Assembly: GCA_963783385.1 (NCBI GenBank)
Contig: CAWANJ010000002.1
Span: 20,908 to 84,907, forward strand
DNA from: an uncultured Gemmatimonadales bacterium
Lineage (GTDB): Bacteria > Gemmatimonadota > Gemmatimonadetes > Palauibacterales > Palauibacteraceae
DNA: 64,000 bases
Reading direction: 5' to 3'
Both the position numbers and the translations under genes were made by a program. Shown here in pieces: positions 10,185 through 20,338 of the stretch; within the stretch, counting starts at the first letter, position 1, and the number at the start of each line of letters is the position of its first letter. Under the pieces are notes generated by a model. That model was not told where the DNA came from. It did not search any database and was given only the letters and a program-made list of their open reading frames with translations.

Positions 10185-10655
10185 GTGACCGAATCGGAAG
10201 ACGGCCGGCGTGTCGTCCTGCGCAACCGAAAGGCCCGCCACGAGTATGACGTCCTCGACACGTACGAGGCGGGACTCGTGCTCGTGGGGTCCGAGGTGAA
10301 GTCCTTGCGCGAAGGCAAGGCGAGCTTCACCGACGCGTTCGCGCGGGTGGAGGGGGGCGAGGCATGGCTCTACAACCTGCACATCACCCCCTACGAGTCA
10401 TCGACGCTGGACGCCCCCGATCCCAAGCGCACGCGGAAGCTGCTGCTGCACCGACACGAGATCGAGCGCCTGGCGATCTCCACGCAGCAGAAGGGGCTCA
10501 CGCTGGTGCCGCTGGAGCTGTACTTCCGGCGAGGTCACGCGAAGGTCACCCTGGCCCTGGCCAGGGGGAAGAAACTGCATGACCGACGAGAGACGCTGAA
10601 GCGTGAGGCGATGCGCAGGGAAGCGGAGCGAGCCATGGAGCGGCACGGTGGGTGA
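10185..10655 (+). CDS. smpB: SsrA-binding protein SmpB
   Basis: GTG start at 10185, 5 nt after a ggagg RBS. The sequence VLRNRKARHEYDVLDTYEAGLVLVGSEVKSLREGKASFTDAFARVEGGEAWLYNLHITPYE...LLLHRHEIERL...GLTLVPLELYF is a clear SmpB. The portion of ORF 9846..10655 upstream of the GTG is not coding-like. Confidence 0.9.
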   Translation: MTESEDGRRVVLRNRKARHEYDVLDTYEAGLVLVGSEVKSLREGKASFTDAFARVEGGEAWLYNLHITPYESSTLDAPDPKRTRKLLLHRHEIERLAISTQQKGLTLVPLELYFRRGHAKVTLALARGKKLHDRRETLKREAMRREAERAMERHGG

Positions 10656-10716
10656 TCGAGACGGGGATCGGAGGGAACGGGGCGACGCCCGGAGGAGGCG
10701 CCGCGGACGGAGGACC

Positions 10717-11883
10717 GTGGCGGGCGCCGCGGTGCTGGTGGTGACGGCGGCGCTGGCCGTGGCGCCACTCCGTGCCCAGCCGCATCGGGCGTCGGACGGC
10801 CCGTCCGGTCCGGCGGCGACGACGGTCGGTCCGCGAGGCTATCCGGTGGTGGCGGCGAGCGAGCTTCCCGGCGAGGTTTTCACGGGCGTGTCGGTGCGGG
10901 GCGACCGCCTCACCGCCACGGTCGGCGGACGGCCGCTCGAGCTCCGGGCCGGAAGCCCGTTCTACCGCGAGGGCGACCGGGTCCGCCAGCTGGTCAACCC
11001 GCCCTACCACGCGCGGGGCAGCTTCTGGATCCCCGCCGAGCTCCTGGACGATCTGCGGGCGTCGAAGGTGGCCGAAGACGGGTCGGACTCCGCCGTCCGC
11101 TCCGTCGCGGCGGGCGGCTCGGATCGCCAGGCGCCCGCGCCGCGGGCAGTCCATCCCGGTCCCTTCCGCATCGTGATCGATGCGGGCCACGGCGGGAAGG
11201 ACCCCGGTGCCAGGGGCCCCCGGGGGACGAGGGAGAAGAACGTCGCCCTCGCCGTGGCCAGGCGGCTCAAGGCCAGGCTCGACAGGGACCCGAACATCGA
11301 CGCCAGCCTCACGCGCTCGAAGGACGTCTTCATCCCGCTCGCCGGCCGTCCCAAGATCGCGGTGGAGCGCCACGCGGACCTGTTCCTGTCCATCCACTGC
11401 AATTCGGAGCGTGGCGACCGGGCCAGGGGCTTCGAGACCTACTTCCTGTCGCCCTCCCGCACCGAGGAGTCCCGCCGGGTGGCCATCCGCGAGAACAGCG
11501 CCATCCAGTACGAGGACCCGAAGGAGCGGCCGGACCTCGACGACATCAACTACATTCTGGTCGCCAACCGGCAGAACCTGAACGTGCGCGAGTCGAGCTT
11601 CTTCGCGGGGGAAATCCAGAACGCCATGCGCCACGACGTGAGCACTCCCGACCGCGGGGTGAAGCAGGCCGGCCTCTACGTGCTCATGGGCGCCAGCGGC
11701 AGCATGCCGGCCGTGCTGGCCGAGATCGGGTTCATCTCGAATCCAGTCGGGGAGCGCTTCCTGAGGAGCTCGAGCGGCCAGGACGAGATCGCCTCGGCGC
11801 TGGCCCAGGCGGTGAAGGAGTACGCGAGCGACTACACGCAGCGGCTCGCGGCGACGGGCACCGCGCACACGGGCGGCCGTTGA
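10717..11883 (+). CDS. N-acetylmuramoyl-L-alanine amidase (AmiC-like, Amidase_3 domain)
   Basis: Amidase_3 catalytic region IVIDAGHGGKDPGARGPRGTREKNVALAVARRLKARL...FLSIHCNS...GLYVLMGASGSMPAVLAEIGFISN. A signal peptide (VAGAAVLVVTAALAVAPLRAQ) lies upstream. The start is taken as the in-frame GTG at 10717 after a ggagg RBS. The ORF could instead begin at 10603, overlapping smpB. Confidence 0.8.
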   Translation: MAGAAVLVVTAALAVAPLRAQPHRASDGPSGPAATTVGPRGYPVVAASELPGEVFTGVSVRGDRLTATVGGRPLELRAGSPFYREGDRVRQLVNPPYHARGSFWIPAELLDDLRASKVAEDGSDSAVRSVAAGGSDRQAPAPRAVHPGPFRIVIDAGHGGKDPGARGPRGTREKNVALAVARRLKARLDRDPNIDASLTRSKDVFIPLAGRPKIAVERHADLFLSIHCNSERGDRARGFETYFLSPSRTEESRRVAIRENSAIQYEDPKERPDLDDINYILVANRQNLNVRESSFFAGEIQNAMRHDVSTPDRGVKQAGLYVLMGASGSMPAVLAEIGFISNPVGERFLRSSSGQDEIASALAQAVKEYASDYTQRLAATGTAHTGGR

Positions 11884-12665
11884 CGACCGCCCCACCCATT
11901 CGCCACCGGGCGCCGGTCGTCTCCAACCGGCGCGTGGCAGCCGACACCTGGTGGCTGGAGCTCGACAGTCCCGGCATCGCGGCCGCCAGCCGGGCCGGCC
12001 AGTTCGTGATGATCGGCTACGGGATCGAAAACACCACCCCCCCCTTCCTGCCCAGACCGTTCAGCGTCGGATGGCGTGCCGCGGACGGGCGGGTGGGCAT
12101 CCTCCTGCGTGCGTTCGGAGAGGGGACGACCCGCATGGCGAGGCTGCGTCCGGGGGAGGACGTCCTCCTCCTCGGTCCGCTGGGCCGCCCCTTCGAGCTC
12201 GGGAGGGATCGTCCGATCGTGTGCGTGGCCGGTGGCGTGGGGCTGGCTCCCTTCCTCTTCCTGGCGGACGAAGCCAGGACCGCGGGCCGCGAGGTCAGGC
12301 TCCTGTACGGCGAGCGGACCGGCGACAGGGTGTTCGACCCGGAGCTCCTCGCCAGCCTGGCCGGCGGGCCCGCCGAAGTGTGGACGGAGGACGGCGCCGT
12401 CGGTCGGCGCGGCCTCGTCCTCGAGGGGATCGACTGGAGCGCCGATCCGGTCCTCCTCGGCTGCGGGCCCTCTCTCATGCTCCGAGCCCTGGCGGAGTCT
12501 GCCGCGGAGCGGGGTGTCGCGCTGCAGGTCTCGGTCGAGGAGCACATGGGCTGTGGCGTCGGGACCTGCCAGGGCTGCGTGGTGCCCCGGGCGGACGGGG
12601 GGTGGGCCAGGGCGTGCACCGACGGCCCCGTGTTCGAGGCCTCGGAACTCGCGTGGTCCCCGTGA
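11880..12665 (+). CDS. pyrK: dihydroorotate dehydrogenase electron transfer subunit PyrK
   Basis: FAD/NAD-binding ferredoxin-reductase-like domain plus a C-terminal 2Fe-2S cluster motif (MGCGVGTCQGCVV). The start overlaps the amidase stop (ATGA). Confidence 0.85.
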   Translation: MTTAPPIRHRAPVVSNRRVAADTWWLELDSPGIAAASRAGQFVMIGYGIENTTPPFLPRPFSVGWRAADGRVGILLRAFGEGTTRMARLRPGEDVLLLGPLGRPFELGRDRPIVCVAGGVGLAPFLFLADEARTAGREVRLLYGERTGDRVFDPELLASLAGGPAEVWTEDGAVGRRGLVLEGIDWSADPVLLGCGPSLMLRALAESAAERGVALQVSVEEHMGCGVGTCQGCVVPRADGGWARACTDGPVFEASELAWSP

Positions 12666-13666
12666 GCGCGGTCGGCGCAGGGGGCGGGAGCGCGCGCTCC
12701 CGCTCGGACGCCCCGGCGCGGTGCCTGGCACAGACCCTGTTCGGGGTGGAGTTCCAGAGTCCCGTGCTCCTGGCCTCGGGGACGTGCGGGTACGGCCGGG
12801 AGTACGACGATCTCATCCCGCTCGACCGGATTGGCGGACTGGTCACCAAGGCGGTCAGCGTGGAGCCACGCGCCGGCAATCCGCCGCACCGGATCGCGGA
12901 GACCCCGGCGGGGATGATCAACGCGATCGGGCTCCACAACGTGGGGCTGGACCGGTTCATCTCCGAGAAGCTGCCGTGGCTGCGCGACAACCTTGAGCGG
13001 GCCCGGGTGTTCGTGAACGTGGTCGGTCGCACGGTCGAGGACTATGCCGAGGTCGTCTCCCGCCTGGACGGCGAGGAAGGCTTCCTGGGCTACGAGATCA
13101 ACGTCTCCTGTCCCAACGTCAAGGGCGGAACCATGTTCGGCACGGACGAGGCCGCCCTCGCCGAGCTGGTGGGCCGCCTGCGGACGTGCACCGAGCGCCC
13201 CATCATCGTCAAGCTCACCCCGAACGTCCCGGACATCGGCGTGTTCGCGCGGCTGTGCGAGGAGGCGGGGGCCGACGGGCTGAGCGCCATCAACACCTTC
13301 CCCGGCATGCTCATCGATGTCGACCGCCGCCGTCCCGTGATCGGGAACGTCTCGGGCGGAGTGAGCGGTCCGGCGATTCTCCCGATGGGGGTCTACCTGA
13401 CGTGGCGGGCCTCGCGTGCGAGCTCGCTGCCGATCATGGGCATCGGCGGGATCCGGTCGGCCCGGGACGCCCTCCAGTACATCCTGGCCGGGGCCAGCCT
13501 GGTGCAGATCGGTACGGCCCTGTTCGTGGACCCCTCCTGCGCCGAGGGCGTCCACCATGGGTTGGAGGGCTACCTGGAGCGCCACGCCATCGCGAGCGTG
13601 GCGGAGCTCGTGGGGGCCCTCGAGCTGCCGGCGCCGCCGCCCCCCGACGACGGGGCGAGCGGATGA
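12662..13666 (+). CDS. pyrD: dihydroorotate dehydrogenase catalytic subunit (class 1B) PyrD
   Basis: GTG start overlapping the pyrK stop (GTGA). Conserved sequence LFGVEFQSPVLLASGTCGYGREYD...KAVSVEPRAGNPPHRIAETPAGMINAIGLHNVG...NVSCPNVKGG...GLSAINTFPG...GGVSGPAI. Confidence 0.9.
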   Translation: MSAVGAGGGSARSRSDAPARCLAQTLFGVEFQSPVLLASGTCGYGREYDDLIPLDRIGGLVTKAVSVEPRAGNPPHRIAETPAGMINAIGLHNVGLDRFISEKLPWLRDNLERARVFVNVVGRTVEDYAEVVSRLDGEEGFLGYEINVSCPNVKGGTMFGTDEAALAELVGRLRTCTERPIIVKLTPNVPDIGVFARLCEEAGADGLSAINTFPGMLIDVDRRRPVIGNVSGGVSGPAILPMGVYLTWRASRASSLPIMGIGGIRSARDALQYILAGASLVQIGTALFVDPSCAEGVHHGLEGYLERHAIASVAELVGALELPAPPPPDDGASG

Positions 13667-14400
13667 GCGGAGGAGAGGAGGGGGCCGTCACGGCGCCGGA
13701 GGTGATCGTGGCGCTCGACTTCCCGACCGCCGACGCGGCGCTCGCCATGGCCGGCCGCCTGCCGGAGGGCACGTGGGTCAAGGTCGGGCTCGAGCTGTTC
13801 ACGGCGGCGGGTCCCGCCGTGGTCGAACGGCTCGCGGAGCGGGGGCACCCGGTGTTCCTCGACCTGAAGGTGCACGACATCCCCAACACGGCCGCCGGGG
13901 CCGTCCGGTCCGCTGCACGCCTGGGCGCGCGGCTCCTCACGGTGCACGCCTCGGGCGGTCGGGCCATGCTGGAGGCGGCGGCCGGGGCGGCCGCGACCGC
14001 CGGCCCGGACGCGGGTGGCCGTTTGCGCCTCCTCGCCGTCACCGTGCTGACGTCGCTGGACGACACGTCGCTGGCCGAGGTGATGGGCCGCGGCGCGGGG
14101 ACCGAGGAAGCGGTGGGACGGCTCGCCGCCCTTGCCAGTGGCTCGGGGGTCGACGGAGCGGTCGCCTCCGTGGCCGAGTGCCGTGCGGTGAAGGCCGTGT
14201 GCGGGGCGGACTTCCTGGTGGCCACTCCCGGCATCCGGCTGGCCGGCGGCGACGCCCACGACCAGAAGCGAGTCGCCACACCCGGGGAGGCCCGCGCCGC
14301 CGGGGCCGACTACCTGGTGGTGGGCCGCGCGATCACGGCGACCGATGACCCCGGCGCGGCCCTGCTGCGCGTCAGGGAGGAGGCGGGTGTGGCGGAGTAG
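13663..14400 (+). CDS. pyrF: orotidine 5-prime-phosphate decarboxylase PyrF
   Basis: ATG overlapping the pyrD stop (ATGA). Motifs VIVALDFPTADAALAMAGRL...VKVGLELF...VFLDLKVHDIPNTAA...LLTVHASGG are typical of OMP decarboxylase. Confidence 0.85.
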   Translation: MSGGEEGAVTAPEVIVALDFPTADAALAMAGRLPEGTWVKVGLELFTAAGPAVVERLAERGHPVFLDLKVHDIPNTAAGAVRSAARLGARLLTVHASGGRAMLEAAAGAAATAGPDAGGRLRLLAVTVLTSLDDTSLAEVMGRGAGTEEAVGRLAALASGSGVDGAVASVAECRAVKAVCGADFLVATPGIRLAGGDAHDQKRVATPGEARAAGADYLVVGRAITATDDPGAALLRVREEAGVAE

Positions 14401-14791
14401 GGCGCCCGCCGGGTTCGATCCGGGTCCGGCTCCTCCTCCGCCACCTCCGCACGGCCATCACGTACAACGCCGCGTTCCCCACGACCACCGCCACGCCCAG
14501 CCCGAGGTGGATGTGCTCCCAGCTGGCGGGGTAGAGCACGCCCCGGATGTAGTGGTCCAGGAAGCCGCCCGCGTATCCCGCCTGGCCGGCGGCACGGCGT
14601 AGACGCTGTTCGAGGGGCGTGAGCGGGCACACCCAGCCCACCAGCTCGATGGCGGCGCCGTACAGGGCGCAGGGCACGTGCGCCCACGCCACGCGGGGCC
14701 ACCGCAGCACCAGGAAGCCTCCCGTCGCCACGAACAGGACGAAGGCGGCGTGCGAGAGCAATACGAGGTCGGCCAGGATCCGGGGGACCAT
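14372..14791 (-). CDS. DUF2784-family small membrane protein
   Basis: From the internal ATG at 14791 the sequence is MVPRILADLVLLSHAAFVLFVATGGFLVLRWP...VCPLTPLEQRLR...GYAGGFLDHYIRGVLYP, matching DUF2784. It is convergent with pyrF, and the 3-prime ends overlap by 29 nt. Confidence 0.55.
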   Translation of the reverse strand: MVPRILADLVLLSHAAFVLFVATGGFLVLRWPRVAWAHVPCALYGAAIELVGWVCPLTPLEQRLRRAAGQAGYAGGFLDHYIRGVLYPASWEHIHLGLGVAVVVGNAALYVMAVRRWRRRSRTRIEPGGRPTPPHPPPP

Positions 14792-14837
14792 CGTCGTCAA
14801 TCTTGCCCCGCTCCCCCGTGACGGCCAGCATGGGGCC

Positions 14838-15836
14838 GTGCAGGCGATACGGATCACGCGGCCGGGCGGGCCCGAGGTGCTCCGCCTGGAGGAGGTGCCC
14901 GACCCCGAGCCGGGGCCCGATGACGTCCTCGTGGACGTGCGGGCGGCGGCCCTCAATCGCGCCGACCTGCTCCAGCGCCAGGGACACTATCCGGCGCCGC
15001 CCGGGGCGCCCGCGGACATCCCGGGCCTGGAGATGGCCGGGGTCGTGGCCGCGGTGGGCGGGCGCGTGCGCGGCGTGTCGCCCGGCGACCGGGTCATGGC
15101 CCTCCTGGGTGGAGGCGGCTATGCCGAGCGCGCCGTCGTGCCGGCCGGCATGGTCCTGCCGATACCCCCCGGTCTCTCCTTCGTCGAGGCCGCCGCGCTT
15201 CCCGAGGTGTTCTACACGGCCTACGACGCGCTCTTCCGCCAGGCCGGTCTGGCGATCGGCGAGAGCGTACTCGTCCACGCGGCCGGCGGTGGCGTGGGCA
15301 CCGCCGCCCTGCAGCTGGCCCGGGCCGGTGGGGCGACGCGGATCTTCGGGACCGCCTCGTCCGCCAAGCTCGCCGGGATCGAGCGCGAAGGGCTTCCGCT
15401 GGACGTCCCGATCGACTACAGGGCGGCTTCCTTCGAGGAGGTCGTGCGGGAGCGGACGGAGGGCCGGGGCGTCGACGTGATCCTGGACATGGTGGGCGGC
15501 GACTACCTGGCCGCCGACCTGCGCAGCCTGGCCGAGCTCGGGCGCGTGGTCCTGGTGGGCCTCCTGCGCGGCAGGAGCGCCGAGGCGGACCTGGGCTTGA
15601 TCCTTCGCCGGCGGCTCCGGGTGCTGGGGACGGTGCTGAGGGCCCGCTCCACGGCGGAGAAGCTCACGCTCACGTCCGAGGTCCGGGACCGCCTCCTGCC
15701 GCTGTTCGAGCGGGGGATGCTCCGGCCGGTGGTGGACCGCACCTACCCTCTCGACGAAGCGGACAGGGCGCATCGCGCCATGGATGCCAACCAGAACCTG
15801 GGGAAGATCGTGCTGGAAGTGCAGAGCCGGGCGTGA
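14838..15836 (+). CDS. NADPH:quinone oxidoreductase / zinc-independent MDR-family oxidoreductase
   Basis: From GTG 14838 the sequence is VQAIRITRPGGPEVLRLEEVPDPEPGPDDVLVDVRAAALNRADLLQRQGHYP...AGVVAAVG...VLVHAAGGGVGTAALQLARAGG, the classic quinone oxidoreductase layout. The upstream part of ORF 14619.. is not coding-like. Confidence 0.8.
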   Translation: MQAIRITRPGGPEVLRLEEVPDPEPGPDDVLVDVRAAALNRADLLQRQGHYPAPPGAPADIPGLEMAGVVAAVGGRVRGVSPGDRVMALLGGGGYAERAVVPAGMVLPIPPGLSFVEAAALPEVFYTAYDALFRQAGLAIGESVLVHAAGGGVGTAALQLARAGGATRIFGTASSAKLAGIEREGLPLDVPIDYRAASFEEVVRERTEGRGVDVILDMVGGDYLAADLRSLAELGRVVLVGLLRGRSAEADLGLILRRRLRVLGTVLRARSTAEKLTLTSEVRDRLLPLFERGMLRPVVDRTYPLDEADRAHRAMDANQNLGKIVLEVQSRA

Positions 15837-15860
15837 CCCGTGGCGAGGTGGGTCACGCCC
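15834..15860. terminator. GC-rich hairpin between convergent genes (cgtgaccc-N10-gggtcacg)
   Basis: Perfect 8-bp inverted repeat overlapping the oxidoreductase stop and facing the convergent acyl-CoA dehydrogenase gene. There is no U-tract, which is common in high-GC genomes. Confidence 0.4.
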
Positions 15861-15896
15861 GGCTCCGGAGGGCGCCTGGCACCGCGGCGTAGCGCC

Positions 15897-17831
15897 TCAA
15901 CTCTCGGCGTGCACGGCCTGCTCGCGGGTATCCGACTCGGCCTCGAACTGCGGCTCCAGCGCCTCGGCCTCCTCGCCGAGCCCGACGATGCCCTCCTCCC
16001 ACCAGGCGTAGCGACCCTCCAGGACCCCCTGGGCGACCCGGTACTTCTGGACATCGTCGTTGTCGCCTATGGCCCGGAACAGGGCGTCCACGCGCCGGCG
16101 CGAGTTCCGGCAAAACATGTCGGCCAGCTCGCGGGCCTCGCGCGCGTGCGGGTGCCCGGTGCGCGTCATCATCTGGGCGCGGGCCACGGTAGCCGCCTGC
16201 GCGAACAGCTCGACCCCGATGTCGACCGCCCGGAACAGGATCCCCTGGCGGTACTGCAGCTTGGCCCCGTAGCGCATCATCTTGTGGAACAGCGTGCGGG
16301 CCAGCTTGCGGGACTTGCGGTCGCAGTACCGCAGGTGCGTGGCCAGCTCGCCGAACTGGCCGTAGGCGGGCCACCGACCCCACCCGAGCCACCGCGTCGG
16401 ATACCAGGCCGCGTAGAAGCCCACCACCTTCGGGAGCTGCGCGAGCTTGCCCCCGAGCCCGAGGTCGCCCTCGACCAGCTCTCCGGCCACCTTGAGGTGC
16501 TTGTCCACGGCCTCGCGGGCGATGAACAGGCGGAGGATCTCGCTCGACCCCTCGAAGATCCGGTTGATGCGGAAGTCCCGAAGCATGCGCTCGACCGGGA
16601 TGCCGGGCTCGCCGCGCGAGCGCAGCGAGTCGGCGGTCTCGTAGCCCCGGCCGCCGCGGATCTGGACCGTGTCGTCCAGCAGCTTCCAGCCCATCTCCGT
16701 GTTGAACAGCTTGCTCGCCGCGGCCTCCAGCCGGATGTCGAACGACTTCCGGTCGGTCATGATGCCGGTGATCTCGGCCACCGCCTGCATGGCGAAGCCT
16801 TCGACCGCGATGTCGGCCAGCATGTGCGCCACGGCCTCGTGCTTGCCGATGGGCTGTCCCCACTGGACGCGCTCCGCGCACCACTTCCGGCAGATCTCGA
16901 GGGCGGCCTGGATCGTGCCGATCGCGGCGGCCGGGATGGTGAGGCGTCCCGTGTTGAGGGTGACCAGCGCCAGCTTGAGGCCGCGACCCTCCTTCCACAG
17001 GAGGTTCTCCTTGGGGACGCGCACGTCCTTGAAGAAGATGACGCCGTTCTCGATCGCCTTGAGTCCCATGAAGTCGAGGCGCTGGCTCACCTCGACGCCC
17101 GGCCAGTCCGCCTCGACGATGAAGGCCGAGATCTTGCCGCTCTCGGGGTGGCGGGCCATGACGACGAACAGGTCGGCCACCGTCCCGTTGGTCGTCCACA
17201 GCTTCTCGCCGTTGAGGATGAAGGCTTCACCGTCCTCGGTGCGCACGGCACTGGTCGCGAGGCCGGCTGGGTCGGAGCCCACCTGGGGCTCGGTGAGGGC
17301 GAAGGCCGAGATGGCTCCCCTGGCCAGGCGGGGCAGGTACTTCCGCTTCTGCTCTTCCGTGCCGAAGATCTTGAGAGGCTGCGGCACGCCGATGGACTGG
17401 TGGGCCGACAGGAGGGCGACGAGGCTGCCGTCCTGGCTGCCGACCACCGACATGATGGCCCCGTATTCGCTCTGGTTGAAGCCCAGCCCGCCGTACTCCG
17501 TCGGGATCTTGAGCCCGAACGCGCCCATCTCCCGCAGCCGGTCCACTACGCGCTGCGGGATCTTGCCCTCCCGGTCGATGCGGTCGGAGTCGACCTCCTC
17601 GCGCAGGAAGGTCCGCATGCGGTCCATGTAGTCGCGGGCGCGCTCCCCGATGAAGGCATCGGGCTCGGGGTACGGGTCGATGAGATCGAAGCGGAAGTCG
17701 CCCAGGTAGACGTCGCGCATGAAGGTGGCGCCCTCCCACCGCGACTCCCGGGCGCTCTCGGCGACGCGCCGGGCCTCCTTCTCGCTCACGGGGCCGGAGG
17801 TCCCGGCGCTCTGCGTAGGATTGGTAGACAT
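15897..17831 (-). CDS. acyl-CoA dehydrogenase, VLCAD/ACAD9-like long form with C-terminal extension
   Basis: 644 aa. The ACAD N-terminal, middle and C-terminal domains carry catalytic-region motifs ([29 protein letters not shown]). An additional ~180-aa C-terminal helical domain follows, as in very-long-chain ACADs. Confidence 0.85.
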   Translation of the reverse strand: MSTNPTQSAGTSGPVSEKEARRVAESARESRWEGATFMRDVYLGDFRFDLIDPYPEPDAFIGERARDYMDRMRTFLREEVDSDRIDREGKIPQRVVDRLREMGAFGLKIPTEYGGLGFNQSEYGAIMSVVGSQDGSLVALLSAHQSIGVPQPLKIFGTEEQKRKYLPRLARGAISAFALTEPQVGSDPAGLATSAVRTEDGEAFILNGEKLWTTNGTVADLFVVMARHPESGKISAFIVEADWPGVEVSQRLDFMGLKAIENGVIFFKDVRVPKENLLWKEGRGLKLALVTLNTGRLTIPAAAIGTIQAALEICRKWCAERVQWGQPIGKHEAVAHMLADIAVEGFAMQAVAEITGIMTDRKSFDIRLEAAASKLFNTEMGWKLLDDTVQIRGGRGYETADSLRSRGEPGIPVERMLRDFRINRIFEGSSEILRLFIAREAVDKHLKVAGELVEGDLGLGGKLAQLPKVVGFYAAWYPTRWLGWGRWPAYGQFGELATHLRYCDRKSRKLARTLFHKMMRYGAKLQYRQGILFRAVDIGVELFAQAATVARAQMMTRTGHPHAREARELADMFCRNSRRRVDALFRAIGDNDDVQKYRVAQGVLEGRYAWWEEGIVGLGEEAEALEPQFEAESDTREQAVHAES

Positions 17832-17871
17832 TGCTCGCTCTCGACCTGAGGAGGGTCAGCGGCAGGGTCGC

Positions 17872-17898
17872 GGTCCGTTCCGCGGCGCGGAGCGGACC
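17872..17898. terminator. near-perfect 12-bp stem hairpin downstream of the Na/Ca exchanger gene
   Basis: ggtccgttccgc-ggc-gcggagcggacc with one G-U type mismatch. It lies 94 nt past the minus-strand stop at 17992. Confidence 0.35.
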
Positions 17899-17991
17899 CG
17901 GCGGCCCCCGCATGGCGTTCGAACGTGACAACCCGATGAATATACCGCGAGCGAGTCGGCTTCCAAACCCGTCTCCCTCTCTCCCCTCCCC

Positions 17992-19068
17992 TCAGCCTCG
18001 CCCGTCTCCCCGGCGCAGCGACCGGAAGGTGACCGTGGCGAGCGTCACGGCCGTGAGCGGGATCACGTACACCAGCATCGCCCTGCGGAACGCGGGCAGT
18101 GAGTCGTGGCTCCCGGCGGAGAGGAAGAGGTAGAGGATGTAGGCCACGTAGTAGGCCAGGAAGAGCGCGCCCTCCCAGCGCGCTATGCGGCCTCCAGTGA
18201 AGAAGATGGGCAGGCACGCGAACGCCACGGCGAGCGCCACCGGGAAGTCGAAGTGCAGCGCGTGGGCCGGCACCACCAGTCCTCCGGGCGACAGGGCGGC
18301 GGCCGCCCCGAGCACGATGAGCAGGTTGAAGACGCTGCTCCCGATGACGTTGCCGGTGGCCAGGTCGCGGGCCCCCCGCAGCCCCGCCACCATGGTGGTC
18401 GCCACTTCGGGCAGCGAGGTCCCGGTCGCGACCACCGTGAGGCCGATGAGCGTGTCTCCCACTCCCATCCAGCGAGCCAGGGCCACGGCGCCGGCGACGA
18501 GCCACCCCGCGCCGACCACGAGCATCCCGAGCCCGAGGAGGACCCGCGCCACGTCCACGGGCCATCGGTGCGCCGGCGGAGCCGGGCCGGGCTGGTCGGG
18601 ATCCGGGCTTCCGGTTCCCCGGCGGCCGGAGAGGATCTGGCCGGCCGTGTAAGCGCAGCCACCGCCGAGCAGGAGGAGCCCGTCCGGGCGGCCCAGCCGC
18701 CCGTCGAGGGCCAGAACGTAGGTGAGCGCCGTCACGGCGATCATGATCGGAACGTCGACGCGTACCAGCTGGCGTGAGACGACGAGGGGGGCGAGCACCG
18801 AGGCCAGTCCCAGGATGAGCAGGATGTTGAAGATATTGCTGCCGAGCGCGTTGCCCAGCGCGAGGCCCGGCCGTCCCGCCAGGCTGGCCCTGATGCTCAC
18901 GGCCAGTTCGGGAGCGCTGGTCCCGTAGGCCACCACCGTGAGTCCGATCACCAGGGGGGCGATCCCCAGCCGCTCGGAGAGGTGGGAGGCCCCGCGCACC
19001 AGCAGCTCGGCGCCGATGACGAGGGCCGCGAGGCCGCCGATGGCGGCGAGCACGGCCGCGAGGCTCAC
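17992..19068 (-). CDS. CaCA-family sodium/calcium exchanger membrane protein (YrbG-like)
   Basis: Two internally repeated alpha-repeat regions (GTSAPELAVSI... and GTSLPEVATTMVAGLRG...) and about 10 TM helices. Confidence 0.8.
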   Translation of the reverse strand: MSLAAVLAAIGGLAALVIGAELLVRGASHLSERLGIAPLVIGLTVVAYGTSAPELAVSIRASLAGRPGLALGNALGSNIFNILLILGLASVLAPLVVSRQLVRVDVPIMIAVTALTYVLALDGRLGRPDGLLLLGGGCAYTAGQILSGRRGTGSPDPDQPGPAPPAHRWPVDVARVLLGLGMLVVGAGWLVAGAVALARWMGVGDTLIGLTVVATGTSLPEVATTMVAGLRGARDLATGNVIGSSVFNLLIVLGAAAALSPGGLVVPAHALHFDFPVALAVAFACLPIFFTGGRIARWEGALFLAYYVAYILYLFLSAGSHDSLPAFRRAMLVYVIPLTAVTLATVTFRSLRRGDGRG

Positions 19069-19180
19069 CGGCTATCGCGCTCCGCGATCTCGAGCCGCAG
19101 GGCACCGGCCGGAACGAGCTCGTGGTGCGACAACGTGCGTCCGCATACCCCGCGGGCCTGGGGTTCGCGCGCCTTCCGGC

Positions 19181-20338
19181 TCATCGTGTCCTCCCGAACA
19201 TCTCCGCACGCGTGACGCGGCCGTCGGGACCCACGAGCCAGCCCGCGTCCGGGCCGGCGAAGTCGGCGCTCCAGTAGGGAAGCGTGTCGAGGACGGTCCA
19301 CCGGTGTCCTCCGTCCGTCGAGTATCCCGCCCCGCCCGGACCGACGGCCACCAGCGTGGGAGTGGGGGCCCCGGGGACCCATGTCACGCCGTACACGGGC
19401 CCGGGAATGCCCGGGCTGCCTCCCGCCTCCCAGGTCTCGCCGCCATCCTCGGTGAGGGCGACCCGAACGGAGCTCGCGGCGCCGGGGGGCAACGAGTCCT
19501 CGTCCGCGGCGCTTCCCGTCCCGGGATGAGCCAGGTCGCCTCCGACGACCACGCCGTTCAGCGTGTCGCGGAAGGCCACGGCCATCACGCCCGCCTGGTC
19601 CCCGCTGACCACCGGCGTCGGGCTCCAGGCCCACGAGCGGCCGCCATCCCTCGTCCTGAGGACGCGCGATACGTAGGACGCGCCCGTTCCGATCCACGCC
19701 CGCTGGCCGGGACCGACGGCGACGCACTCCCCGCTGGCCGCGAAGCCTCCCTCCCCGCCACGGGCGCGCGGGACGCGCTCCGCCGGGAGCGGCGTCCAGT
19801 GCTCACCCCCGTCACCGGTGGTCAACACCACGAAGCGGTCCCGCACGGCGTCACTGAACGCCAGGCCCTGTCGGGCGTTCCAGAAGTCGAAGCAATCGTA
19901 GAACCCGGCGGAGTCGGGGTTGGTGAACTGGAGCGACCAGCTCCGGCCGCCGTCCGTCGTGCGGTAGATCCGGGAACGGTCGCCGGCTCCCGCGCTGAGG
20001 AGGAAGGCGGTGTCCGGGCCCGAGGCCCACACGTCCCGGAACTCGAGGCTGTCGGCCCCGGCGACCGTGCCCACGCGCCAGTGCGCTCCTCCGTCCACGG
20101 TCCGCGCCCAGGTGGCGTCGTGACCCGCCACCCACACGACGGAGTCGTTCACGGCGTGGACCGCCTGGAGGAGAGCCGTCGTGCGAGTCGGTTGGGCGGC
20201 GAGCATGGGGTGGAGTCGCAGGGCGGGTTCGGATCGACCTTCGCAGGCGCCCGCGAGCAGCGCCGCCGCGAGCACCGCGATCCCGGCGGGTCTCAGTCGA
20301 AGCGCACGAACTCCAGATCCTCCTCCAGCACCGGCCAT
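19181..20338 (-). CDS. BNR/Ycf48-like beta-propeller lipoprotein
   Basis: Repeated SxDGGxTW-type motifs (TVDGGAHWR, TTDGGRSWS, TGDGGEHWT, TRDGGRSWA, TEDGGETWE, STDGGHRWT). The signal/lipobox is ...AVLAAALLAGAC. The start is uncertain: ORF 19181..20425, and the ATG at 20338 was chosen. Confidence 0.65.
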   Translation of the reverse strand: MAGAGGGSGVRALRLRPAGIAVLAAALLAGACEGRSEPALRLHPMLAAQPTRTTALLQAVHAVNDSVVWVAGHDATWARTVDGGAHWRVGTVAGADSLEFRDVWASGPDTAFLLSAGAGDRSRIYRTTDGGRSWSLQFTNPDSAGFYDCFDFWNARQGLAFSDAVRDRFVVLTTGDGGEHWTPLPAERVPRARGGEGGFAASGECVAVGPGQRAWIGTGASYVSRVLRTRDGGRSWAWSPTPVVSGDQAGVMAVAFRDTLNGVVVGGDLAHPGTGSAADEDSLPPGAASSVRVALTEDGGETWEAGGSPGIPGPVYGVTWVPGAPTPTLVAVGPGGAGYSTDGGHRWTVLDTLPYWSADFAGPDAGWLVGPDGRVTRAEMFGRTR

